NCBI GenBank assembly: GCA_028715175.1
Contig: JAQUSJ010000001.1
Span: forward strand, 610,386 to 674,385
Reading direction: 5' to 3'
From: Candidatus Daviesbacteria bacterium
Lineage (GTDB): Bacteria > Patescibacteriota > Microgenomatia > Daviesbacterales > UBA10151
DNA: 64,000 nt
A program made the translations under genes and the position numbers. The notes beneath the pieces were generated by a model, which made no database searches, was not told where the DNA came from, and worked only from the letters and a program-made list of their open reading frames with translations. This document shows positions 50,282-58,468 of the stretch, piece by piece. Numbering within the stretch: the stretch's first letter is position 1; every line of letters starts with the position of its first letter.

Positions 50282-51283
50282 TTATTTGTTTAAGTAATCT
50301 TCTCCGATAAATAAATTTATCTGGGCGCGAGAAGAAGTTACATCTTCTGAAGAACCAATTGTATCACAAAAAACCTGCCGTATTCTTTTTAAAGTAAGCG
50401 ACTCCTCTCCCTGCGCTGTTGTCTTTTTTAATCTTTCCCTGGCATTATTCATAATAATCACGTTACCGCCCAGATTCGTAATTAGCCTAGCCCATTTCCC
50501 CGCCAGCTGAACCTTATCTGTTGCATTGAAAACCGCAATAGTTTTATGTTCCGAAACAATCGCAGGATCTACAAAATCAGATAAAACGCTGTCCAGCTTA
50601 ATTGGATCTGTTATCAGCACCCCTGTACCATCAGGAAGATTCTCCCGCTCCAGCACGCCAAGATCAACAAGATCCAATTCTTTAACCTTGTCAAACCTCA
50701 CCCTGCTTAGGCTAACTTTAAGCCTTAAAAGCTCCCATATTGTTAAGTCAGTCTTTAAAGAAGATAATAAATTTAAGCCTGAAAAAGGATTTTTCTTAAG
50801 TATTTCCACTATTTCGGAAGCGGATTTTGACGGTTGAAGCGAGCTAAAATCCAAAAATCCGTCAATGGGCACGGCAAAAAAACTCGTTAACGTATCCTTT
50901 AATAAACGGTCTCCACCCATCCCCTTTTGAGTTTGTCCAAGTTCGTATACGGCACGGAGCTGCCATAACCCAAATCCAAAAGGCACGTCTAAAAAAAGCT
51001 CGTCCGGCGCTTTTATGATAGTTATTTTTTCTTCTTTCGGGTTATAAGAGAACAAAGCGATATGCGAAGTTCTAACTAACAGATTGATATTAAATTCCCC
51101 ATTCCAGACATAGTTTCGCTGCTGATTGACTGCTCCTAAAGGGCTAAATAGGCGCTGCGTAAATTGAATTACCCAGGACAGAATCAACATTCCCGCTACC
51201 AATGCTAAAACGAAAATCGCAAGTTTTGTTCTTCTGTTCTGCTTTATTCTGGATTGAACATCCTTCCAGCCTTTTTTCCGCAT
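50282..51283 (-). CDS. Divergent LCP/LytR_C-like membrane-anchored protein
   Basis: TM, IDGF, C-terminal IAVFNAT...LA...ARLITNLG...FIGEDY. Confidence 0.6.
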   Translation of the reverse strand: MRKKGWKDVQSRIKQNRRTKLAIFVLALVAGMLILSWVIQFTQRLFSPLGAVNQQRNYVWNGEFNINLLVRTSHIALFSYNPKEEKITIIKAPDELFLDVPFGFGLWQLRAVYELGQTQKGMGGDRLLKDTLTSFFAVPIDGFLDFSSLQPSKSASEIVEILKKNPFSGLNLLSSLKTDLTIWELLRLKVSLSRVRFDKVKELDLVDLGVLERENLPDGTGVLITDPIKLDSVLSDFVDPAIVSEHKTIAVFNATDKVQLAGKWARLITNLGGNVIIMNNARERLKKTTAQGEESLTLKRIRQVFCDTIGSSEDVTSSRAQINLFIGEDYLNK

Positions 51284-51365
51284 ACTCTCATGTTACCTAA
51301 TCGGGTATTGACCTGGCAACTAGTTATTAGTTAAAGTGAATAATGAAGGGGGGTGAATTAAAATA

Positions 51366-51578
51366 ATGGATGATCAAAATAATCCCGGAGGCGCTATTCC
51401 AACTGACCCAAACCAGGGCCAGCCGGCAGAACCAACTGTTCCGCCGCCAGCAGAACCTGAAGTGCCAGGTGTGCCGCAAACTCCTGAGCCACAAGCTCCT
51501 GAGCAACCTACACCCTCTTTACCTACTGAACCTGAAAATGGAAGCGGTGAACAAGGTGGAAACGCACCAGCGGTTTAA
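51366..51578 (+). CDS. 70-aa Pro/Gln/Glu-rich disordered protein
   Basis: TTGACC-N17-TAAAGT promoter-like pair and GGGGGGTGA RBS upstream. Confidence 0.6.
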   Translation: MDDQNNPGGAIPTDPNQGQPAEPTVPPPAEPEVPGVPQTPEPQAPEQPTPSLPTEPENGSGEQGGNAPAV

Positions 51579-51580
51579 AA

Positions 51581-51913
51581 CTATATATGGGTATATGAGG
51601 TATGCAAAGTTAAAATTGTGTACCTCATAACCCATAGAGGCCTCCTTTGTATTACCTGACCGTATAAGTTACTGTGTGAATCTATTGCAACAAACATGAT
51701 CTCAGTAGTTTTCTTTCTATAAATGGCTCGCAGGTCACCCGTTATATTAATGCTTCTATATCCTGAATACTTACCTTTTAATGAATGATTATTTAAGACA
51801 GGATTGAATTCATCATCCTCGAAAAGGAATATTCTCTTTTCAAATTTTTCTTTTATTTTTTTAGATAATCTCTGATAAGCTTTTTTAAAACCTTTATTGT
51901 AGAGAATAATCAT
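51581..51913 (-). CDS. RelE/YafQ-family mRNA interferase toxin
   Basis: LNNHSLKG, RSINITGDLRAIY, DSHSNLY. Confidence 0.85.
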   Translation of the reverse strand: MIILYNKGFKKAYQRLSKKIKEKFEKRIFLFEDDEFNPVLNNHSLKGKYSGYRSINITGDLRAIYRKKTTEIMFVAIDSHSNLYGQVIQRRPLWVMRYTILTLHTSYTHI

Positions 51914-52185
51914 GGGGAATTAAGAGATTCAAGAAAATCTTTTGCTGTTTTAAAACGGGGAGACAGATTACGATCATGCTTTATATCGTCTTCTACTCTA
52001 TCCAGCAATTTTTCCAGTTCAGGAGTCATTTGAGGAATATCGGAAAAGACAACTTCCCTGGTTCTGATAAAATTCCGGAGAGCTGCGTTGATTACATCAG
52101 ACAAGGATAATCCCAAATCTTTGGCTGCTTTTTGAGCATTCTTTTTAACTTCATAATCAGCTTTAATATGGATTACTGTAGTCAT
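51910..52185 (-). CDS. RelB/DinJ-family antitoxin
   Basis: VIHIKAD..VKKNAQ..AKDLGLSLSDVIN; overlaps toxin start. Confidence 0.85.
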   Translation of the reverse strand: MTTVIHIKADYEVKKNAQKAAKDLGLSLSDVINAALRNFIRTREVVFSDIPQMTPELEKLLDRVEDDIKHDRNLSPRFKTAKDFLESLNSP

Positions 52186-52218
52186 ATAACTAAAGTATAC
52201 ACAATGGTTACATAGTTG

Positions 52219-53925
52219 TCAACCCCAGGACAGTGTTTTACGGGAGAGTTTTTCCAGTTCAATTCTGGGCCGGTCTTTAAAATAACTTTTCTCGCTTAAA
52301 TGATCTCTTAACATATCCAATAACAAATCTCCTGCCATTACTTCCGGCAGTATAACTAAATCCGCTCCCAGTTTATACAACCCTTGGGCTTCTCTGATGG
52401 TTTCTGCCCTGACTATTATCGGTATGTTAATATTCCTAAGCTTTAAATCTTCCAGTAAAGTTTTACTATCCCCGAGGTCGGGTGCGGTTGAAATAATCAT
52501 TTTTGCCGTATCTAAATTTAGTATGTCTAAAACTTCCGGGTCGGACATATCCCCGTAAATAACGGGTATTTCCTCTTTCAATAACGTTTCAACCTGATGG
52601 GGATTAAAATCCAGAACTACCATCGGATGTTTTTCCTTTTTTAAAAACCTGACTATCTCCCCGCCCACCCGATGAGCCCCTACCACCACTACATGATCTG
52701 ATAATTCCGCATCCGCTTCTTTTTCAAATACCAGATGCTTCCTTCTTTCAAAAAATGAAACTGCGGAAGAAACCAATTTGTAGATCGTATGAGATTTCGA
52801 GATTATCAAAGATGATGCAATAAATGAAATAACAGAAGACAGGGCAATTACCGTCAAAGCATTCTGGCTAACCAGATTTGCCTTAAATCCGATTAGCAGG
52901 ATAATCATGGAAAATTCGGAAACCTGTGATAAGTTAATCGCGGTTTTAAACATGGTATGCTTTCTAAAACCGAATAGACCAAACAGAAGCAAGAAAATCA
53001 CCGGTTTAATCAAAATTACATAAGTTGTAAAAATTAAAATCAGCGGCAACAGAGAGATATTGTTTAGCGAAAAATTAACCCGTGTACCTAAATAGACAAA
53101 GAAAAGGGCGGTAAAAAAATCCCGCATGGGTTTAATCTTACCTTGAATATGGAAATGATAAGGGCTGGATGCCAAAGCCACCCCGGCCAAAAAAGCCCCG
53201 ATGAGTATGGAAAAACCCATTAACATAGACAAGGTGATAAATCCGAAACACCAAGCTAGCGCAGTTAATAAAAGCAGCTCGCCTGAATCGGAGATAGCCT
53301 TAAAAACAACGGATAAAATATAACGGCTTATCAGGATCGCCATAGAAAAAAGAATCACCACTTTAAGAACCAGGACAGAAAGCGACATGATATTAGATTC
53401 TCCTATGTTCAAGATTGACATCGAAGAACCTATGATCAAAAGAATAACAACAGCCAGTAAATCTTCCAAAAGCAGCACCCCGACTGACAGTTTCCCGTAT
53501 AGAGAAGTTAAGTCCTTTTTGTCAATCAGCAATTTTACTACCAGCATAGTTGATGAAAAAGATAAACCCAACCCCAAATATATTGCTTCCCGGGTATTAA
53601 AACCAAAACTCTGGGCAATGTATGTGCCGAGTGTAGCGGTAATAACCACTTGCAAAATACCGGCAGTCAGGATTTGTCTGCCAAAATTCTTAAGTTCCCG
53701 GAGATCCAACTCCATCCCCACTAAAAATAAAACAAAAGCAATGCCGATATCAGGTAAAAAAGATAAAGCCAAAGACTTGCTAACATCAAAAGTAGCGGCA
53801 ATAGAAAGCAGTAAACCGGTGACAAGATAAGCGATTAAAAGGGGTAATTTAAACTTATAAACAATCATCCCCAGGATGGATGAAAAGCTTAAAATAATGG
53901 CAAGTTGTATAAAAATATTGTTCAT
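52219..53925 (-). CDS. CPA2 (Kef-type) cation:proton antiporter with TrkA-N domain
   Basis: LSFSST, LLLED, GAFLAG, SQVSEF, GAHRVG, YGD. Confidence 0.9.
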   Translation of the reverse strand: MNNIFIQLAIILSFSSILGMIVYKFKLPLLIAYLVTGLLLSIAATFDVSKSLALSFLPDIGIAFVLFLVGMELDLRELKNFGRQILTAGILQVVITATLGTYIAQSFGFNTREAIYLGLGLSFSSTMLVVKLLIDKKDLTSLYGKLSVGVLLLEDLLAVVILLIIGSSMSILNIGESNIMSLSVLVLKVVILFSMAILISRYILSVVFKAISDSGELLLLTALAWCFGFITLSMLMGFSILIGAFLAGVALASSPYHFHIQGKIKPMRDFFTALFFVYLGTRVNFSLNNISLLPLILIFTTYVILIKPVIFLLLFGLFGFRKHTMFKTAINLSQVSEFSMIILLIGFKANLVSQNALTVIALSSVISFIASSLIISKSHTIYKLVSSAVSFFERRKHLVFEKEADAELSDHVVVVGAHRVGGEIVRFLKKEKHPMVVLDFNPHQVETLLKEEIPVIYGDMSDPEVLDILNLDTAKMIISTAPDLGDSKTLLEDLKLRNINIPIIVRAETIREAQGLYKLGADLVILPEVMAGDLLLDMLRDHLSEKSYFKDRPRIELEKLSRKTLSWG

Positions 53926-54698
53926 ATACAGGATGACAATTGCTGAAGCGCTTTCTCAAGATCCTCAGGCAAGAGACTCGTTAGCTCCATCCACTCCCCG
54001 CTTACCGGATGCCTAAACCCGATTTTAGCCGCATGTAAAAACATTCTCGGACACCATCTTTTATCTAATCTGACCATCTTACGGCCGGCGTACTTTTCGT
54101 CTGAAACGATTGGATGATTGATATATTTTAAATGTACCCTAATTTGATGTGTCCGTCCAGTTTTTGGTTTACACTTTAAAAGAGTAAAAAGTTGGTAGTT
54201 CATAGTTCGTAGTTTACGAAGTTGAATCTTATTGAATCCTTCAAAAATCTTTTCTATCAACTCCGAACTCATAACTAATAACTTGACGGGTTCATATTCC
54301 GTCACTGCCTCCCTCGCCTCCAGGGGGACGCCTTGCGAGGCTACAGTAAACTTTTCTCTATTTAATGGATTTCTGATGATAGATGCATCCACTATCCCAA
54401 TGTCTTTAATATGCCCATGAACCAATGCTAAATATTCTTTTTTGACTATTCTTTCTTTAAATTGGCTTTGTAAATTTTCCAAAACTGCTTGAGTTTTAGC
54501 TATCAAAATTAATCCCGAAGTATCTTTATCCAACCTGTGCGCTATCCCGCCACGGAAAAGCTTAATGTTAAAGTCTTTTTGCAAAATATCAGCTAAAGTT
54601 TCTCCCTTAACGCTTTCAGCAGGATCAACTACTAACCCCGGAGGTTTATCCAATACCAATAACTGGTTATCCGAATAAATAATTTTTGGGATAATCAT
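53922..54698 (-). CDS. RluA/RluD-family pseudouridine synthase
   Basis: DKPPG, HRLDKDTSG, TGRTHQIRVH, FLHA. Confidence 0.93.
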   Translation of the reverse strand: MIIPKIIYSDNQLLVLDKPPGLVVDPAESVKGETLADILQKDFNIKLFRGGIAHRLDKDTSGLILIAKTQAVLENLQSQFKERIVKKEYLALVHGHIKDIGIVDASIIRNPLNREKFTVASQGVPLEAREAVTEYEPVKLLVMSSELIEKIFEGFNKIQLRKLRTMNYQLFTLLKCKPKTGRTHQIRVHLKYINHPIVSDEKYAGRKMVRLDKRWCPRMFLHAAKIGFRHPVSGEWMELTSLLPEDLEKALQQLSSCI

Positions 54699-55084
54699 TA
54701 ACTCTTTTGCAGGTAACTTTTGACCTCTGTTAAAACTTGATCCGGGTTTAAGGCGGATTTAATTAAATACCCTGCTGCCCCTAAATCAAAACACTCTTTG
54801 ACAACCGAATCCTGCCCTAAATTTGTTAAGATGACAACAGTCACATTTGACGACTTGGCAGGCTTTAGTTTAAGATCTCTTAAAATCTGCACGCCATCTT
54901 TTTTAGGAAGCATAATATCCAAGAGAACCAGGTTGTATTCATTACTTTGTATTTTAGATAAACCGACCTCTCCGTCCGCCGCAACATCTATAAAATAACC
55001 CTCCGCCTGTAAAAGCTCTTGATAAAACTCCCTTAAAAACTGGTCGTCTTCTACAAGAAGAATTTTCTTTTGTTGATTATCCAT
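54698..55084 (-). CDS. Single-domain response regulator
   Basis: VEDD, LLDIMLP, LTN, YLIK. Confidence 0.92.
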   Translation of the reverse strand: MDNQQKKILLVEDDQFLREFYQELLQAEGYFIDVAADGEVGLSKIQSNEYNLVLLDIMLPKKDGVQILRDLKLKPAKSSNVTVVILTNLGQDSVVKECFDLGAAGYLIKSALNPDQVLTEVKSYLQKS

Positions 55085-55096
55085 AGTTTATCTATA

Positions 55097-56071
55097 TCAT
55101 AAAATGGCTGTAGGTTCCAATCCCTTGGCTTCACCTTTTGGTTTTACCTGATATTTATTTATATCTTTCAAAACAGCAGGTGTCGCAACTGGCAAAGACA
55201 CAATAAAAGTCGTTCCTTTGTTTGCTCCTTCGGACTTTGCCCAAATCCTCCCATGCATAAGTTCAACTAAATTTTTGGATATATAAAGTCCCAAACCGGT
55301 TCCTCCGGAAGTTGCAGCTGCCGTATAAGAAGTATCTAATCTGCCGAATTTATGGAACAATTTGCTTAGATCCTCTCTTGATATTCCTATTCCTGTATCT
55401 GATACTGAAATTTCAACTGTTTTGCCGTCACTAAAAAAATCGAAACTGATTTTTCCTCCGTTTGGGGTAAACTTCAGGGAATTTCCCACTAAATTAAGAA
55501 ATACCTGTCTAAGTTTTTCCGGGTCGGCAAATGCTTTGGGGACTTTAGCCTCTGACACAATAAATTGTATATTCTTCTCTTCCGATTTCGAATAATAAAC
55601 TTCATCAACAATATCCCGGATTAAAGAAAGAACGTCAATCGGTTCAGGGCTAATCTCAATTCTGCCTGATTCTATTCTGGAAATATTCAGCATATCGTTA
55701 ACCAGGTTGATTAAACGCTCGGTTGATATTAAAACTCTAACCAAATACTTCTCTAAAGTCTTGGATAAGGGAATATCGCTGCGGTGCAGCGCCATCCAGG
55801 CATAAGAACGGATTGCGGCCATTGGTGTACGCAGTTCATGCGAAGTAACTGATACGAAATCGTCTTTGGTCTTATCAAGCGCTTTTAATTTCTGATTGGC
55901 TTCTTCCAAAAGATTCAATGCCCGATGTAGCTCCTGATTAATTTTGATGTTATCCAAAGTGAGCGCTGTCAGTTTTTTGTTGATTGCTTCTAAATCCTTA
56001 ATTTTTCTATTGTAGAAAAAATTAATTATTAAAATGACTATCAAAAGTCCAACACTAACAGGAATTATCAT
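55097..56071 (-). CDS. Sensor histidine kinase without a sensory domain
   Basis: One TM, SHELRTP, NLVGNSLKFT, DTGIG, GTGLGL. Confidence 0.92.
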   Translation of the reverse strand: MIIPVSVGLLIVILIINFFYNRKIKDLEAINKKLTALTLDNIKINQELHRALNLLEEANQKLKALDKTKDDFVSVTSHELRTPMAAIRSYAWMALHRSDIPLSKTLEKYLVRVLISTERLINLVNDMLNISRIESGRIEISPEPIDVLSLIRDIVDEVYYSKSEEKNIQFIVSEAKVPKAFADPEKLRQVFLNLVGNSLKFTPNGGKISFDFFSDGKTVEISVSDTGIGISREDLSKLFHKFGRLDTSYTAAATSGGTGLGLYISKNLVELMHGRIWAKSEGANKGTTFIVSLPVATPAVLKDINKYQVKPKGEAKGLEPTAIL

Positions 56072-56150
56072 TAAATTAAATTATATCGCATCTCTCGTTT
56101 TTTTACTAAATATTGCTTTTTTGCCTGGATGGCATTAGAATGTGTTTAAC

Positions 56151-56435
56151 ATGCAAATACTGTTGCCGCTTACTATAAAAATAGTCATTGATAAACGTTC
56201 TAAAGATGCACCATTTGTAGCTTATACCCCGGAACTTGATGTTGCTTCCTGCGGTTTTACCGAAGAAAAGGCCCGAAAAAATCTGCAAGAAGCGGTAACT
56301 ATTGTTTTAGAAGAGGTAAAGAAAAAGGGCAAACTCAATGAATTACTTGAGGAATTGGGATTTCAGAAAGAAAAACAACAATGGATACCTCCCAGAATAA
56401 GCTTTGAACCCTTTTCCATTCCCCTTTCCAATTAA
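56151..56435 (+). CDS. HicB-family antitoxin
   Basis: VAYTPELDVASCGFTEEKARKNLQEA. Confidence 0.85.
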   Translation: MQILLPLTIKIVIDKRSKDAPFVAYTPELDVASCGFTEEKARKNLQEAVTIVLEEVKKKGKLNELLEELGFQKEKQQWIPPRISFEPFSIPLSN

Positions 56436-56438
56436 CTT

Positions 56439-56669
56439 ATGCCTAAATTAAGCCCAATCCACTATAGGAAACTGGCAAAGGTATTTGAAAAGAAAGGATT
56501 TGTGTATGTACGCACCCAGGGAGACCATCTTGTTTATCAAAAAGTTGGAATCCTCCGGCCAATTGTAATTCCAAAATATAAAGAAATTCCAGAGTTTATC
56601 ATCTTAAAAAATCTCAAAACTGCAGGCATAACTAGAAAAGAATATTTGAACTTGCTCCAAAAAGTATAG
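56439..56669 (+). CDS. HicA-family toxin
   Basis: GFVYVRTQGDH, IVIP, LKTAGI. Confidence 0.85.
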   Translation: MPKLSPIHYRKLAKVFEKKGFVYVRTQGDHLVYQKVGILRPIVIPKYKEIPEFIILKNLKTAGITRKEYLNLLQKV

Positions 56670-56908
56670 CTACTTCTCTCACCTACAACAGCGGTTTAAC
56701 AACATCCTGCCTATCCTCTACCATAAAAACACCGCATCTTTATCAAGATGTGGTATAATATACTAATAATATAGGTTAAAACCTATGACTAAGAATATAG
56801 GTTTGGAACTCGAGCTGCCAGACCCAAAAGAAAAACAGTACTTCTTCCAGGAAATACCGTTACCAATTAACGGTACATTAAAATTGGGTTTCAGTCAAGG
56901 GGGTAATT

Positions 56909-57772
56909 ATGGCTGGTGAAACTGTTACCCCATTTCCCGGTCCTTTTGAACATCATCCCAATCCTTTTGAACGTTTAGGCCACAAAGTCGAAACTGTTCT
57001 TCCGTGGCTTGGTAGACATTGGAAATCACTTTCTTTAGCTGCAGCCGCTGCAATAATTCCTGCGGCTGGTGCTGTTTATCTGTTTATTACCCATGACAGA
57101 GGTCCACAAACTTCCCCACAACCCAATAATCCTACCTCAGATACAATCAAAGATCCTAGTACGGAAATAGGCGCAACTATACCGACTCTTGTACCTAGAG
57201 AAGTTCCACCAACAGCTACTGCAACAGCAACTGCTACTTCTACCACTACCCCAGAAGTAAGGAAAGATATTCCTTGTGTCATTCTTCCAATTGAATATTG
57301 TTCTAAAGCAGAACTTGTAGAACGTATCAGTGCAAAAGGAGAATCTAGTAAGGGAGTTGGGGTTAAAGTAGATCCAGGCACTAAAATATTTTCACCTATA
57401 GCTGGTTCAGCCTCAAAAAGAGAATCTGATACTGGTTTTGTGGCTACTATTAATAATCCTAATGATCCTACTGGTCTAGTGCATGGTATACAAGGTGATA
57501 TAGTATTTTACAACCCAAATACAGAAGACAAAGTTGAAAAGGGACAAGAAATAGGATATGTTGGCACAAAACACTATCCCTCCCCTTTAGGTGATTATAA
57601 CCTCCGTATTAGTTCAAATATCATTGAAAATGGTAAGCTAGTTGATAATCCTGGTGCACTACAAAAGCTTTTTCCAGAGGCATTTGAAAATGGCGTTGTA
57701 AGGGTAATTGATCTGCGTAATTCTGATTCTACCTCTGCCAAAACAACATATTTAACTCCTTCGTACCGATAA
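56909..57772 (+). CDS. Membrane-anchored protein with degenerate M23-like domain
   Basis: TM, T/P linker, GTKIFSPIAG and VEKGQEIGYVG motifs; HxxxD and HxH ligands not seen. Confidence 0.6.
   Translation: MAGETVTPFPGPFEHHPNPFERLGHKVETVLPWLGRHWKSLSLAAAAAIIPAAGAVYLFITHDRGPQTSPQPNNPTSDTIKDPSTEIGATIPTLVPREVPPTATATATATSTTTPEVRKDIPCVILPIEYCSKAELVERISAKGESSKGVGVKVDPGTKIFSPIAGSASKRESDTGFVATINNPNDPTGLVHGIQGDIVFYNPNTEDKVEKGQEIGYVGTKHYPSPLGDYNLRISSNIIENGKLVDNPGALQKLFPEAFENGVVRVIDLRNSDSTSAKTTYLTPSYR
57294..57732. repeat. 439-bp direct repeat, copy 1
   Basis: No mismatch seen against 57990-58428. Confidence 0.92.
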
Positions 57773-57808
57773 TTGACATTTATACTCCTCGTCTTCTATT
57801 GTTAAGGT

Positions 57809-58468
57809 ATGGGATCTTTCTGGGAAAAGCCCATTTTCTGGATCATATTTGTACTGCTAGTACTGATTTCTATACCTGTGTTAACTTATTTTTTCAAGCC
57901 ACAAATTTTATCCGGCATAGGTTATATACCCAGTAAGATAAAAAACCTGCAAGCTCCTAAACCGGGAAAGTGTCTAATTCTTGAAGGAAAATATTGTTCT
58001 AAAGCAGAACTTGTAGAACGTATCAGTGCAAAAGGAGAATCTAGTAAGGGAGTTGGGGTTAAAGTAGATCCAGGCACTAAAATATTTTCACCTATAGCTG
58101 GTTCAGCCTCAAAAAGAGAATCTGATACTGGTTTTGTGGCTACTATTAATAATCCTAATGATCCTACTGGTCTAGTGCATGGTATACAAGGTGATATAGT
58201 ATTTTACAACCCAAATACAGAAGACAAAGTTGAAAAGGGACAAGAAATAGGATATGTTGGCACAAAACACTATCCCTCCCCTTTAGGTGATTATAACCTC
58301 CGTATTAGTTCAAATATCATTGAAAATGGTAAGCTAGTTGATAATCCTGGTGCACTACAAAAGCTTTTTCCAGAGGCATTTGAAAATGGCGTTGTAAGGG
58401 TAATTGATCTGCGTAATTCTGATTCTACTGGAAGTGGAATTTTGAATCCTTCCTATAACAAACAATGA
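57809..58468 (+). CDS. Paralogous membrane-anchored degenerate M23-like protein
   Basis: Own TTGACA-N18-TATTGT promoter, different N-terminal TM, same domain. Confidence 0.6.
   Translation: MGSFWEKPIFWIIFVLLVLISIPVLTYFFKPQILSGIGYIPSKIKNLQAPKPGKCLILEGKYCSKAELVERISAKGESSKGVGVKVDPGTKIFSPIAGSASKRESDTGFVATINNPNDPTGLVHGIQGDIVFYNPNTEDKVEKGQEIGYVGTKHYPSPLGDYNLRISSNIIENGKLVDNPGALQKLFPEAFENGVVRVIDLRNSDSTGSGILNPSYNKQ
57990..58428. repeat. 439-bp direct repeat, copy 2
   Basis: Offset 696 bp from copy 1. Confidence 0.92.

Noticed and set aside
56785-56919. 44-aa ORF upstream of the M23-like gene, with ATAGGTTAAAACCTAT palindrome at 56771-56786
   Set aside because: No motif or RBS support; the palindrome could be an operator or REP remnant but is a single weak instance
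57294-58428. Diversity-generating retroelement TR/VR pair
   Set aside because: No adenine-specific mismatches, repeat too long, no reverse transcriptase in the window
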